Shown here: positions 23,769-38,043 of the stretch, piece by piece
Layout of the letters: every line of letters starts with the position of its first letter
Numbering within the stretch: the stretch's first letter is position 1
Program-made: the position numbers and the translations under genes
Notes under the pieces: generated by a model
Databases searched by the model: none
The model's input: the letters and a program-made list of their open reading frames with translations, nothing else
What the model was told of the DNA's origin: nothing
From: Octopus vulgaris
Taxonomy: Eukaryota
Length of the DNA: 64,000 nucleotides
Direction of reading: 5' to 3'
NCBI GenBank assembly: GCA_951406725.2
Contig: OX597831.1
Location: forward strand, 65,844,001-65,908,000

Positions 23769-24224
23769 AAAATAAATATAAGAGAGTGGTCACTATATGG
23801 CTCACTCACCAAAAGGTTTCAACCACGAAAATACATGTTTCCCATGAAAATCAGTACGATCACACGGACAGGGCAAATAAAAATAACAAAAATACAGATT
23901 ATTTTTGGACAATTGTTTCGCTATTAATGAATTAAATGTAATTTTACTTACAAAAAAATCCATTTGTAGCTCGTCAGCCAAAACTATCTGGATGAAATCC
24001 ACTCAAATGGATTTTTTTTGTAAGTAAAATTACATTTAATTCATTAATAGCGAAACAATTGTCCAAAAATAATCTGTATTTTTGTTATTTTTTATTTGCC
24101 CTGTCCGTGTGAGCTAACAATCGTACTGACTTTCATGGGAAACATGTATTTTCGTGGTTGAAACCTTTTGGATTAACTGGTGCTAGAGTGAGCCATATAG
24201 TGACCACTCTCTTATATTTATTTT
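23769..24224. mobile_element. Fold-back element (~200-bp arms) with a hammerhead motif at ~23902-23983 (-)
   Basis: Arms 23769-23966 and 24004-24224; rc ttttgg-CTGACGA-GCTA...TAGC-GAAAC-AATT-GTC-caaaa. Confidence 0.7.
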
Positions 24225-24365
24225 GTAAAAATATTATATGTTATAAAATATTATAATAATCCAGGTTTCTCGGAGCACTAGGCCACTTGGTGTTGAATAG
24301 ATATACTATAAATTAGTATCTAATTCTCTCACCCTTATTAATTAATTATATATATATATATATAT

Positions 24366-24512
24366 TCTCTTTTACTCTTTTACTTGTTTCAGTCATTTGA
24401 CTGTGGCCATGCTGGAGCACCACCTTTAGTCGAGTAAATTGACCCTAGGACTTATTCTTTGTAAGCCTAGTACTTATTCTATCGGTCTCTTTTGCTGAAC
24501 CGCTAAGTTACG
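24366..24512 (-). mobile_element. SINE family A, 3' fragment
   Basis: Tail and 3' body match family A. Confidence 0.88.
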
Positions 24513-24563
24513 TATGTAATGTATGTATATATATATGTAATGTATGTATATATATATGTAATG

Positions 24564-24598
<35 letters not shown>

Positions 24599-24672
24599 AA
24601 ATTAATATCGATTTTTCACCCTCATTTATAATAATTATATATATATATATCTATATACACACACACATACAT

Positions 24673-25260
24673 ACTAGCTGAACATCCTATTCTTGCTAGG
24701 CAATTTTCATAACAGAATGTCTTAGTGGACTTTTGGAATAGCACACGCACATAAGTTAAATTTTCTCCATTTTGATGAAAGTTTTTCAAATTTTTTACAG
24801 TCTTGGAAATGATGATGGAAGAAGCTTTTTATGAAAAGAAATTTTGGAAAATTTAATTTTTTTCAAACCCCTCCCCTACTCAATATCGCTTTTGGCCAAT
24901 TGTTTTTCTTCCCTATACACTTAAAACTATAGGAAAGCCTTGTCTGTTAAAAGAAAGAAAAATTTTGAAAATCGGTGCTCACTATTACAATCCCTACTTC
25001 TTTTATTTTCAAACAGAAATGGAAATATAATTTAAAAACAATAGCAAAATTTCCTATAATGTTTTCATTATCCCTGCCCCGCACCTCTATAAATCCTGAA
25101 ATTTCAGCTTTTTTTCAAAATATTTTTTGCCATAGTTTTAAAATACAGGCAGTTTAAATCTGGAATTTATTTCTGTTTATAATTTCAAAACAATTTAAGA
25201 ATGATTTACCTGTTGTTTGTAGCTATTCTCACAACCACCTGGTACCTTCCTAATAACTTT
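24673..25260 (+). repeat. Unclassified interspersed repeat, possibly Helitron/Helentron-associated; related copy at ~62400-62600
   Basis: Starts actagctg; shared block gaaatgatg..gaagctttttatgaaaa...tttggaaaattta. Confidence 0.4.
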
Positions 25261-25572
25261 GTCACTTTGACATGTATTAATGTTTTTCAGTATTGGTTAG
25301 CCCAGGGCAATAGTAGAAGACATTTGCTAAAGATGTCCTGCAATGGGACTGAACCTGGGATCACATGGTTAGGAAGTAAGTTTCTTAACCACATACCCAT
25401 ACCCGTATCTATGTGTGTTTATGTACACACACACACAGATGTATATGTGTTGGGTGGGGGAGAGGGTTTCAAAGGTGGAACTAATCACTTTCTTGACTGA
25501 GTTAATCAAACTGAGGTGGTGGCTACTGAACAGCAAAAAGTTCAATTGGAAATTCTTGCTTTGAAATGTTGC

Positions 25573-25604
<32 letters not shown>

Positions 25605-26456
25605 ATTGTGATAGTAGTGGTGATTGTGTTGTTGTTGTTATGGTGATGATGATGATGCAACTGCTTCTGTTGCTACTGCTGCGATTGACAAGAAGAACAA
25701 ACAATAAGGAAAGTTACTATTGCGAGAGATATGTTGAATCTATTGACTAATCAATCAATCCACCGAGTTTGTTGATCCAAATGTTTAATTGAAAAACTTG
25801 AGTAATTTAGGTAAGCAGACTGAAAGAGTATTTGTGTCTGAGACAAGTGTGTATTCATAGAATAGAAGAAGAGAGACATGTGGTTGGAGGAAGAAGAAGA
25901 GGGAGAGGAGGAGGAGAAAATAGATAAAAAAAAAAAAAGAAAAAAATGATGAAGCTGAAGAAGTAAGATGAGAAGAAAAAAAGAAAGAGAAGAAGGTGAA
26001 AAGAAATAATGAGGAAAATAAAAATAAAATAATTATGATGGCAATATGGATCAGGAAGTGGCAGAAGGTGTAGGATGTGGTGAAGGATGCGAGAGAAGAT
26101 GGATGAGGAAAAGGAAAAGAATAATAACAGCAGACTGAAGAATTTGGATAATTGATCATCAGAGTCTCAATGATAAATTGATTATAATTTCATAAAGAAG
26201 TAATTTAGTTATCAAGCATGAATATTAATGCTTGTATTAATAATTTGCTTGACATCTGTAAAAGATATTCTAAGGAGAATATCTAAAATTTTAGATTTTC
26301 TACTTTCAATTCAACAAGCAAGATTTTTTTCAGTTGCACTCTGTAAATAAAAGTGAATTCATTTATTTCGAACCAGAAATTATCACCACACACCATAGAT
26401 GAATATATATATATATATATTTATATATATAAAAGGAGATGTGGAACACGAGTCGT

Positions 26457-27019
26457 GATATATAAAAAAAGGAAATGAAGAAAATGCTGACAAAATAATT
26501 TAAGTAAGGGAGATTGTATTTTGATTGGTCATTATAATCAAAATTGTATTGACCATTGTCCACAAGAAATTTTTAGGCGCGAAACCAAGCAAATCTTAAA
26601 CAACTCTGGAGCCTCTTTTTTCACATATAAGAGACAGCAAACCCAACATAAAGTCAGATAAGAGAAAAAAATCAATCAGAAAGGAACTCTATCTCACTCA
26701 AAATATCTTTTGATAAGCATAACAAATGCGCAACGGTAAACTCTTACTTTTTTTATTCTACACTGAAATCTGACATTGAACTTTTCCACAAAAAACTGTA
26801 TATTACACGCTTTTACTAAATATCTTATTCTGAAACAGAACACTGTAAAAGACTCTTACTTTTTTTCTTATACACTGAAATCATTCACAAAAAATGAACA
26901 TTGTATTCTAACCCAATTTTTCTCTTTTTTTGTTTAAAAAAAGAACTTTCACCTAATTAAATACACTCTCCCTGACTTAAATTATTTTGTCAGCATTTTC
27001 TTCATTTCCTTTTTTTATA

Positions 27020-27021
<2 letters not shown>
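26457..27021. repeat. Element with ~55-bp terminal inverted repeats between (TA)n tracts
   Basis: aaaaaaggaaatgaagaaaatgctgacaaaataatttaagt is inverted at 26968-27021. Confidence 0.6.
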
Positions 27022-27056
<35 letters not shown>

Positions 27057-27428
27057 CCTAACTTACAGGGAAAAATTCAATTTAGAAATACTAAATCAAA
27101 TTTCACAAAATATAATATATATATATAGGGAGAGAGAGAGAGAGTGTGTGTGTGTGTGTGAAAGAGAGAGAGAGAAAGAGTTTAAAATCATCACTGTTAT
27201 CATCATTTTAATGTCTACATTTCCATGCTTGCATTGGTCAAAGTGTTTGATGCTGGTCGTGTATGGTCGATTCCCTTCCTGTCACCAACTCAGACCTATT
27301 TGAAAGCAAGATATTTCCCTGTGGTCAGACATATTTTTGTAGAATATTGGAAATGAATAACCCTGCTTATATGACATTGACGCTCATTTACAACTATCAC
27401 ATGATATCAAAATGAGAAGACACAAGCA

Positions 27429-27621
27429 TCATCATCATCATTGTTCGACCATGGTCAAGACAATGGAATTTACCATGCTACGCCAGACTTCACGGAGGTC
27501 CTGTTGCTGCATGCCTTTATCCCTGGAGATTGCATCAGGGTAGGAGAGTGTGCGCCCTCTGGTATTGCGAGTAGATGGCTTCCAGAGGAGAAGAGTAGAA
27601 ATTGCCTCGTTTTCAGGTAGT
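27429..27621 (-). mobile_element. Short 3' fragment of the second RTE family
   Basis: Matches 11919-12110; TSD acacaagca at 27420 and 27622. Confidence 0.88.
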
Positions 27622-27832
27622 ACACAAGCAGTACACACATAATGTAATCAATAAAACATATAATCAAAAACACGTACTGAATCAATCAACATAAAGTCAG
27701 TATTCATGGGCCTTGAATGCTGAAGGCTTGTGAAGACAGGAAAGTAATTAATCTAGGGCTGAATGTGTAATGTAAGCATGGATGAATGTGTTAAGAGAAA
27801 AAGTGGGCATAAGAAGAATAAGATGTAATGTG

Positions 27833-28044
27833 ACTTGACTTGACAGCATTCACCCGGGGTGGGTTGAGCTGGCTTCATTCATCCTCAATGCTGCATCTCT
27901 CACAAACACCAACCAGGCCTGGCGATTTGAGGCTAACGACCGCATGATCTCCAACCACTCCTTATTCCAGTGGCGAACGCCGTAGATATGGGGGCCTAGG
28001 TTGGGTTCCAGATCAGCAGTTTTTCGTTGATCCTTCAAATATTC
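27833..28044 (-). mobile_element. Short RTE 3' fragment related to the 2272 family
   Basis: GPHIYGVRHWNKEW...NRQAW...ASSTHPG*; TSD aagatgtaatgtg at 27820 and 28045. Confidence 0.85.
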
Positions 28045-28244
28045 AAGATGTAATGTGTAAGTAAGTAGACTTTACTGGTATGGACATGTGATGTGCATGG
28101 ATGAGGGCAGCTGCACAAAGAAGGGCCAATCGTTTACCATAAATGGAGCTTGTAGAAGAGGGTGATTCAGGAAGAATAGGGATGAGATAGTGAACACTGA
28201 TCTCAAGATCTCATGGAGATGACAGAAAATTAGGATGAATGTGG

Positions 28245-28662
28245 GGATCTTTTCGGTTTGAACGGTAGTTTTTTCTAGCGGTGTCATATGAAATTGTCAC
28301 CCATAATTATGACCCTAATATCGATCTATTGCATTTCTATCTGTTTTAGGGTTACGGTTAGGGGTGGAAGGAAGGGTATCTTTTTTTTCTTCACAAATGT
28401 AAATAAACCCATTCTGTTTCTTAAACGAGGAACATATTCATACGGCACAGAATGTTGTTTACCTCAATAGACGTCAGTGATTGATTGAAATTGCAGAAAT
28501 TGAAGAAAAAAAACAACAAATATTTTACAAACTATAGAATTTTCTCAATAAAGCCAAGAGAAAAAGATGTTTTATAAACACATTTTACCAGTATACGAAG
28601 TTTAAAATTTTTTAGTTACCTAGAAATTATGTTAAAAACTGCCATTCAAACCGAAAAGATCC
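28245..28662. mobile_element. MITE with GGATCTTT termini and 8-bp TSD (Merlin-like)
   Basis: TIR ggatcttttcggtttgaa; perfect TSD gaatgtgg at 28237-28244 and 28663-28670. Confidence 0.85.
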
Positions 28663-29098
28663 GAATGTGGTTCTGCAGAAGACACACTTAACTCTGCAAA
28701 ACTGAGATTCTGGGAACACAATGTATATATATCTGCATAACTGATCCTCCACCTAATTTTCTCATTAAGACATTCCCAGCACCTGTCTCTTTCTAACTGT
28801 ACTATTCTGCTGCTGTAATTAAATGTGAATAGAACAGCATAATTCACCTGGTCTTCCCTGGTATCACTTATCCTTCTAACTCTCTGGGACCTTTTCACTT
28901 ATTATTCATCTTCCATTCTTAAATTTATCTTCGCCAACCAAAATTTTACATTGATTAACCTCCTGAGTCACCAAATTATTCACTATGTCAACCATATATA
29001 CTCTTACAACCTGCCCATCCAGACATCATCTCCCCCTCTTTCTTTCTACCATCCTCTCTCATTCTTCTTCTGTCTACTGTATTACCATTCTTATTATT

Positions 29099-29310
29099 AG
29101 GTGAGATGGTAGAATTGTTAACACACCAGACAAAATGTTTAGTAGCATTTAATTTATCTTTATGTTCTGAGTTCAAATCCTGCTGAGTTGACTTTGCCTT
29201 TCATCTTTTTGAGGTTCATAAAATAAGCATCAGCTGAGCACTAGAGTCAATGTAATTGATTGGCACCATCCCCCAACATTTCAGGCCTTGTGACAAAATT
29301 AGAAAGTATT
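29099..29310 (+). mobile_element. Degenerate SINE family D
   Basis: ttctgagttcaaatcc...gactttgcctttcatc core. Confidence 0.65.
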
Positions 29311-29663
29311 ATCATAACTATTTTGTTGTTCTTCACATCCTCTTTCCTGAGCTGTCAGTCATTCCCTACTCTCCCCTAACTCCTCCACAACTTATATGTA
29401 TCATTGGTTAATCATCAACCTTACCCAATTGCTACAGTTGTCACTTCTCTCTTCTTTTTTATATCATTATTCTATTTTATATCCACCTTCTCATCCATCC
29501 CTTATTTCTAGTCATCTCTCACTCAATAAAGGGATTGGTATAAAGAAGGGTATCCAGCCATAAAAGGAAACCTGTAAATGAGACAACATCATCTGACCCA
29601 TTTTGGAGAGCAACAACAATCCAACGCATGCCAGCATGGAATGTTCACATAAAACCACAATTC

Positions 29664-29915
29664 GTCATCATCATCATCATCATCATCATTTAACGTCCAT
29701 TGTCCATGTTGGCATGGGTTGCACAGCTTGACCAGGGTTGACAAGCTGGGAGGCCGCACCAGACTCCAGTTTGTTTTGATACAGTTTCCATGGCTGGATG
29801 CCCTTCATAAGGCTAACCACTCAAAGAATGCAATGGGTGCTTTTATGTGCCACCTGCATGGGTGCCATTTGCGTGACACCGGTATCTGTCACAACTGTGA
29901 TTTTTCTTGGCTTGA
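29664..29915 (-). mobile_element. Degenerate RTE-tail module
   Basis: (CAT)n tail, catgttggcatgggttg, ggctggatgcccttc. Confidence 0.7.
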
Positions 29916-30041
29916 TGGGTTGATTACTTCTATATATATCTATATATATCAAATCGCTGATCAGGATCTCATGGAGGAGATGACAAAGAATTAGGATGGC
30001 TAGCTACACATAGTTCTATTGACATTGATCATATCTGTGTA

Positions 30042-30084
<43 letters not shown>

Positions 30085-30990
30085 AGTATCTAATCACGTG
30101 TAGGTAAATGCCAAAAAGAGAATCTATAAGTAAGGCATAGTCACTGATCCATTGAGGATCGCAGCAACTCTGAATAAGAAATATGTCGGAGCATGTCAAC
30201 ACATCCAAATCCTGTCAGCATAGGAATTACATGCACTCATTCACAGGCTCACATACGCATGCATACATACATAATAAAAGAGATAATAAAAGGGTTTAAC
30301 ATGTTGACATTGCTGGAATTGAAATACTATTGAATTATGGAATATTGTGAATAATGCTCAAAAATACAACGGTATCATATAAAATATAGCTTTGCACACT
30401 GCAACATGTAAAATATTGTTCTTCTTACCCCAGTTTTCATTTCTAATCTGCATTCTCTATTTATCATACCATCTTTTTTGCCACTGTAATCTCTCACTTT
30501 CTTTTCTATGCTCTCTCTCTCTAGTCACCTGCTCTTGGGTTTTCCTTATATTAAAAAAAAAAGGTTAATGCAAAAATACACTGTACAGCAGCATGTTTTT
30601 GCGTCGGATCACAAATATTACTGTAAACTGCAGCTAATTGAGGCTGTTAATATATTGGTGGTTATTAAAGATAAATTGATGATAATTTCATTAATTACCA
30701 AAAATATTTTGATTAATATATTAATCGGGATAAGACATATAAAGCAAAAATGCATTTAAACATTTACCATCTAATAAAAAGGAAATAGCAACAAAAAAAT
30801 CTAAACAAAAATTATGCCATTTGACATAATTTTTGAATGCACATGCACACTAAAAAGGAATATATGTGTGATTGCACATGTATGCATGTATATGTGTGTG
30901 TGTGTGCATGTAATACATATACACGATACAAGCCGGTGTACTTATCCACATGCATGCACACATACATATTGTGATGTTTTATTGGTGAAA

Positions 30991-31384
30991 CAGGAGTGGC
31001 TGTGTGGTAAGTAGCTTGCTAACCAACCACATGGTTCCGGGTTCAGTCCCACTGCGTGGCACCTTGGGCAAGTGTCTTCTGCTATAGCCCCGGGCCGACC
31101 AATGCCTTGTGAGTGGATTTGGTAAACGGAAACTTAAAGAAGCCTGTCATATATGTGTATGTATATATGTATGTATGTGTCTGTGTTTGTCCCCCTAGCA
31201 TTGCTTGACAACCGATGCTGGTGTGTTTACGTCCCCATCACCTAGCGGATTGGCAAAAGAGACCGATAGAATAAGTACTGAACTTACAAAGAATAAGTCC
31301 CAGGGTCGATTTGGTTGACTAAAGGCGGTGCTCCAGCATGGCCGCAGTCAAATGACTGAAACAAGTAAAAGAGTAAAAGAGAGT
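30991..31384 (+). mobile_element. SINE family A, full length
   Basis: High identity to the 4562 copy. Confidence 0.93.
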
Positions 31385-34030
31385 AATATGTCTATCAACA
31401 TCTATCTGTCTGTCTGACTGTCTGTTTCCCCCATCCCCTCTACATACCCGGGTTCTCACCGGTCACTGCATTCCCCAGCCCCACTCCCTACTTGCTTCTT
31501 GGCAATACCATGCAGGCCCCTGCCACTATTTATCTCTCTCTTCTTACTCTACCATCCCATTTGTGCCCTGACCCCTGTTCCTTGTGTGTGTGTGCCCTGG
31601 TACTTCACCACCAAACTCTCTCCTGCTCTTGCTGTCTCACTCTCTCTCTCTCTCTCCCTCTTTCTTCCCCTTGCTCTTCCCTCTGGCTAGATAACCATGT
31701 ATCTCCTCAGCCCACCTATTTCTGCCCTCATTCTTGATCACTCTCTCTCCCTTTATCTTTCTATCTCTCTGTCTAGGGGACCATGTGTTTCCTCTCCAGT
31801 GGCATGCCTATCTCTCTCTCCTTCTCTTACTCTTCCCTCTGACTAGGTAACCATGTATCTCTTTTACAGCAGCACACCTGTTTCTGCCCTCTCTCCCTTT
31901 CTCTTTCTCTCTCTGCTGCTTGTGAGACATAGACACTGATACAAAGGAAGAATGAAGCAAGCCTGCTCTGCTGAATGTGTAGTATTAGTGTGCATGAATG
32001 ACATGGTAGGGATCAGATGGAAAATAAATTAGGTATAAGAGGAATCAGCTTTGGTGTTGAAATATGAAGACTATGATGCCTATGCAAGATAAATGGATAA
32101 AGAAGTGCTAGGATATCTAAGAAAAAGGAAACTGTGGAAGAGAAAAGACAAGAAAAGACTGATGCAGAAATAGAACAGGTTGAGCTCAGAGATAACCAAA
32201 TGACTACAACAAATGGTAAAGCACCATGTTTGAAAGAACTCATCCAAACCATGGAAACATGGAAAAGTAGATGTGATTATGATATATGCATACATGTGTG
32301 TGTGTGTGTGTTTCCATGTGTCTTTGCATTGACTACACTTTGACAGTGGTGACATTGTTTGTCATGCATAAGCGAAAATTCTGGTAGCTTGGCCGTTTTA
32401 ACATGCAAAGACATGTAATTATTCTTGAATGCTACCTGAATAATCACATAAAATCTGTGCAAACATGGAGAAAAGCCTGTGTAAAAACGATAACTGGCAA
32501 TGCCATTGCTGGCGCCATCTCTGTCACTACCAACAATATATATATATATATATATACACATATGCCCACAGGCACACACATATGTGTGCACATGCACGCA
32601 CACACTAACTATATATTCTATATGGAGAATATTTAATTCTCATCTATGAACTATATATATATATTTATATTTATACCAATCTATTCCATACATTGAGTTC
32701 AGAAATAAATCAGGTCAGTTTAGATAGAGAGTCAAGGCTAATGTAAAGAATATAGCATTAAACTTAACTATAAAGACTATTGAATACAGTAGATAGCCTA
32801 CCAGTAAAAACTATTAGTATAAAATAATGATTATAATAAAAAGATTAACAATGAAAATTAAGAAATTAAGTGTGGAGACTATTGATACCAAATAATATAA
32901 TAAATAGATGAACAACAAAATACTGCAAAAGTGTAGATGAAAGAATGAAGTCCACAGATTAACAGTAAAATCTAAAGAATATATTAAAAAACAAAAACAT
33001 ATTTGTTTTTATACTTTCTCTGCAGACAGCTTTATTTAATCAGGTCTCAGAAATTGCCTTTTTCAAACTCACACTGTGTGAATTATGTGACTTCAACATT
33101 TTAAATCTGGAATCTTATCTTTGTCATCTATTATGAACTATAGATATTATCTAGAGCCAGCTCACATTGGTTATTCATCCATACATTGTTAATGACAAAA
33201 CTGCCAATTCCTGTACTATTGATGTGTATAGATGTCAACATCACTCTATAATACATTTATATTAATTGGCCTATCAGAATATGAAATATTAATTGCCACT
33301 GCATAAATGATCAAATTAGTTGATAGACATAACAACTATTTAATGAGCTCGAAAATATTTCTTTAACAATTTGTCTGAGAATTGGGAGTTCTTGAGTGGC
33401 CCAACATTGGGATGAAGATGTGCCGGAGGCTTATTTCCACATCATTAAAAATGGAAATAAGAAAGGAGAGAAAGAGGAGGGTGATGCAGATGCGGAGAAG
33501 AGAGAAAGAGACAGAAGACAGAGAGAAAGGGAGAGATGGAGAGGGAGAGAAGGAGAGTTTAAAGAGACACTAGCTGGTAGTTTCAAAACAGTTTTCTTCT
33601 TGTTTAGTTGATAATCTGCTAGGTTCAAGTAAACCTATTAAGAAAGGGTCAAAAAAAGGGTCAAACAACAGATGATGGTTGAAGTAAGGTTAAACCAAAG
33701 AAGCTGGTTTAGGATAGTATCATTTGGAGATTGTTTTCTACACAATTGATTTCTACACAATTTGTGTCTAGAGGTTTTGCACTGGTAGTTGTCTTATATA
33801 TATTTTTTTTTTAGCTTCATTTGATGGTGAAGTCTCTACTAAAGACATCTGTTGCTGCCATCCTCTCTTTCTCTTTTACTCCCTATTTCTCTGGTGTTTT
33901 ACTATCTCTCATTCATAAATTTCTATCAGTATATTTCTCTCTTCACCAGCCTCTCTCTTTCTCTCTCTCATATATGACTCCCTCAGTCAGCTTGTTTCTC
34001 ATACTTTGATGTATTGCTATCATCCTATCT

Positions 34031-34240
34031 GCAGTGAGCTGGGCGAAATGCGTAGCCGTATTTCGTCCGCCGTTACGTTCTGAGTTCAAATTCCACCAAG
34101 GTCAACTTTGCCTTTCATCCTTCTGGGGTCGATAAATTAAGTACCAGTTACGCACTGGGGTCGATATAATCGACTTAATCTGTTTGTCTGTCCTTGTTTG
34201 TCCCCTCTGTGTTTAACCCCTTGTGGGTAGTAAAGAAATA
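34031..34240 (+). mobile_element. SINE family D (Meta-domain-like core)
   Basis: ctttgcctttcatccttctggggtcgataaattaagtaccag core; TSD-like tatcatcc..tctgc. Confidence 0.85.
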
Positions 34241-34632
34241 TATCATCCCCTCTGCTGTATTAATCTCTCTCTCTCTCTCTCTCTCACTGGTGTATTTTAC
34301 TTTTCTTTGTTTATGTTTGCCATATGTCTGAAGTAGTGAAGTTCCTAGAATCTTATCTTCTTGCTGGAATGATTGGTGTTAGGGTTAGTTACTGACGGCT
34401 ATTTACAAAGGGATTGATTTTCATTAGTGGTGGTATTACAACTGGTTTTCTACAATTTTTGACCATTGACTGCTTTCATTCACCTCTTATTTATATTTTT
34501 ATTTGTCAGTATCTAATGTGTTATCTATGTATTCGTTGCTTTGGGTTATTAAAATCTCTTCCATCAGTCATCAACTAGTTTTGTTGTGAATACCGTATAG
34601 GTTGATATACTGTTTACTCATGTTTTCCTATA

Positions 34633-34920
34633 GTGGAAACACATGGCCTAGTGGTTAGAGCAGCGGACTCGCGGTTGAGGGATCGTGGGTTCAAATCTCA
34701 GACCGGGTGATGTGTGTGTTTATGAGCGAAACATCTAAGCTCCATGTGGCTCTGGCAGAAGGTAATGGCGAACTTCTGCTGACTCTTTTGCCACAACTTT
34801 CTCTCATTCCTTCGTCCTGCATCTTGCAGCTCACCTGCGACGGATGGGCATCCCGTCCAGGTGGGGAACATATACGCCAGGAAACCAGCCCTTATCAGCC
34901 AGACATGGCTCGAGAAGGAA
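34633..34920 (+). mobile_element. SINE family B
   Basis: TSD catgttttcctat at 34619 and 34921. Confidence 0.92.
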
Positions 34921-35252
34921 CATGTTTTCCTATCAAGTGTTATTTTATGATATGTTATGTAATGCTTTGGGATTGTTTCTCTTTGTAAAATGTGTGTTAA
35001 ACCTGCAAGAAACTGTCATACTTATCTGGTTGATGCAACAAAGTTGTGACCTTTACAATTTTCATGTTTACAATCTAATTTGTAAATTACATTGCTCTTT
35101 CATAGCATATATTATTTTGTTATAGGTAAAGTGAGTTTAAATTTAATGGGTTTTTTTTTCTTGTAATATATTATTAGTATTAGTTTATGATTGGGTACAA
35201 CAAAATTTTGTATACTGTTTTTTAATTTTTTTTCCAGACTGGGGCTCCTTTT

Positions 35253-36228
35253 GGATCTTTTCCTTTTCATGGACAGCTTAATTAATTAATTTTCTTTAAC
35301 TAAACACTTTGAAACTTCGGACACTGGTAGAATGTGTCATATAGAATATCTTTTACTCTTAGCGTTTTTGAGAAAAGTTTATATTTATGAAGTTATTTCG
35401 TGTTAAAGTTGTCATGTTTTGGTAATTTCAACCAATCAATGACGTGTATTCAGCTCAATAAAATTACTGATGTTGTTTGTCAGCAACAACTTCTGGTGGT
35501 GTATATTTCGTTTGTCACTGTTATTTATGACATATTTCATCTCAGTTACCTTCATATGAATAAATGGGTGTATCTGAAGCATGTTTACTTCATGGCACCA
35601 CCATAATCGTTTGTGAATTTCTACTGCTTTTGGGGTTTTTTGTTCCTGTTTTTCAGCTACTATTTTCAGAAAGACTTCCTCCTGCCCACCCCCATTTTCT
35701 CGCAAATTACTGTTTTTTAAAAAAATTTTTGCCAAAAACCCAGCTTTTCGGACACGGAGATTCTGGAAAATTGCCAAAAATCGGAATTTTGAAATTTTTT
35801 GACACTCCCTTACCCCTCTCCCTCCAATTTCTTCATTTTTCACTTTTTTCCATAACCCTAATTCTAAAACTCCAACCCTAACCCTAACCCTAAAACCCCA
35901 ACCCTAAAACCTTAACCCCTAAAACCCTAAAGCTAAAACCAGTACAAACGCACGAATGATGTCACAAATAACAGTGACAAATGAAAAATACACCACCGAT
36001 AGTTGTTATTGACAAACAACGGCAGTCATTTTATTCAGCTGAATACATGTCATTGATTGGTTGAAATTAACGAAATACGAGAACTTTAATGTGAAATAAC
36101 TTTGTAAGTAGAAACTTTGGTCAACAATGCTAAGAATAAAAGATATTCTATATGACACATTCTACCAGTAACGAAGTTTCAAAGTTTAAAGAAAATTAAT
36201 TGAGCTGCCCAGGAAAAGGAAAAGATCC
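35253..36228. mobile_element. Long-TIR (~280 bp) MITE with GGATCTTT termini and internal (CCCTAA)-like repeats
   Basis: 35253-35532 is inverted at 35958-36228; degenerate 8-bp TSD ctcctttt/ttcttttt. Confidence 0.85.
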
Positions 36229-36449
36229 TTCTTTTTTTTGAGCATATATTTTATCAGTGTCCTCTTGTAGTGTCAGTTAAAAATGAGGCATTAAAAATAA
36301 ATTTTGATAATTTTTTAATATTCAAATATATGTTTTAAACCAAAAAATGTAATTGCACAAAGGTACCTAAAATTATTTAGTTATTTGATTTATTAATGTA
36401 AAGGATGGGTCTGATTTGAAGAAACTAATTTTTTCCCCAGGGATGCCCA

Positions 36450-37840
36450 AGCATCCTTAAATTACTTAGTTTGACTAGTTGTAGTTAATTTTTCTTCCTT
36501 GTAGCAACTAATTCCATGTTCAGCTGAATATAACAAGGAAAATGGAATTAAGATCTTATGTCACAATGACTCATGATTGAGAGTAAAGATTTGTAATTTA
36601 GAACTACAACCAGAAATGATGATACCCATTTTTAAATTTGAGTTTTAGTATCTCTTCCTTGTCTTTGAGCACAGAAAGGTTCAAGAATTAGTAAATTTTT
36701 GCATGTCTCAAGTTACATTTGAACAGATCTAGTTTTGAAACAAATACACATGGAACAGCCTTTATTTTAATCAAATTTAGTTCATGTTCTTGTAATGCAA
36801 ACTCATTTTATTAAACTTGAAATATAAATTTCCCATAGAAACCATGTCAATTTTAAACTTATTCAAATTGTCTCAGAGAAATTTATTTGCTTTCAAAGAA
36901 TTCTAAAACTGTGCCAAAAAAACTGTAAAAGCAATTCAGGCAGGTGCCATTCCACAACTTGTGAGTTTCAGTGTGGAATAGCAACTGATTAGATTCAGAA
37001 TCACTTTATTTGCTCCATTCTTCAAATAATCAAATATTCAGAGGTAATCATTTCTGATATTGTTAATTTCTGTAATGAAGTATTGCAATGATACAAGTAA
37101 TTAATAACGGTTTTTTTTCCCCCTAATTACATGACAAATCAAGCAATGTACCACCAATACACTGGCCCCATTTCTAGAAAAGAACTTCTCCACACAGGAC
37201 CAATTGACAAACACATTTGTAGGAAGAATCTCCTCTTTCAAAAACTCTTACACAAACAAAAACTATCAACTCACCTTTAGTATTTGTTACCAAATGCTGG
37301 GCAAATAATAATCTCTTCATTTATATACTGAATGCAATCTAACAGCAAAGCTTTGTCCCCTGGCAGAATTAAATCATCCATTTACATAAAAAATTGGGCA
37401 GTTTTCAAAAAATTACAGAATCTGTCTTCCATATTGTTGCCTATTTTGTAAATTGGTTGTATTGATTATGTCAGCCTGTGGCTCAGGCACCATGGTAAGG
37501 ATCAATCTTTTCTTTACAAGCAGTATACAGCTTTCTGAAATTTTGTAAAAGGCACACAACCCATTATTTTCTTGCATTGAAGCACATGAAGACATCGTCA
37601 ACGTTATCAAGCTATTTGCAAAATTAATCTGGAAGTGCTTCAATATAAGAAGAATCTTTATTTGTCTTGACAGTGTGAAATTTATTTAAAGTGCTTTTCT
37701 AGCCTTGAAGGTTTCATTGGAAAACACTTTTTGGCATATCAGGCACATTGGGAATAAATTGTCTGTAAGTGATGGAATAAAGCCATATATTTAATATTTG
37801 ATACTATTCTGCCAATACTTCTCCTTAGACTCTACCATTA
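36450..37840 (-). mobile_element. hAT (Buster/Charlie-type) transposase fossil
   Basis: MVESKEKYWQNSIKY.IYGFIPS...PMCLICQKVFSNE resembles the Buster N-terminal BED region; many stops. Confidence 0.7.
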
Positions 37841-38043
37841 CTACGTGTCTAAAACATATATTACAGTTATTATATGCATTATTATTTATATTTTATATTA
37901 TTCATTAAATAGCATCATGCTATTAGAATGTGGAATGCAGGTGACAAATTTATGAACAACTATTAATTTGTATAAGTTTTGCTGTTTGTCATCTTCACCA
38001 CTCCTTAAATTCACATCATGATGCTTCTTTGCTACACCCTTAT

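Noticed and set aside
28670-28960. Possible old RT fragment (ISYAD) and similar relics at 12430-12640, 33370-33810, 46700-47600, 58900-59460
   Set aside because: Too decayed to classify from the sequence alone
35855-35935. Telomeric repeat suggesting a chromosome end or fusion
   Set aside because: Short, degenerate and internal to a MITE
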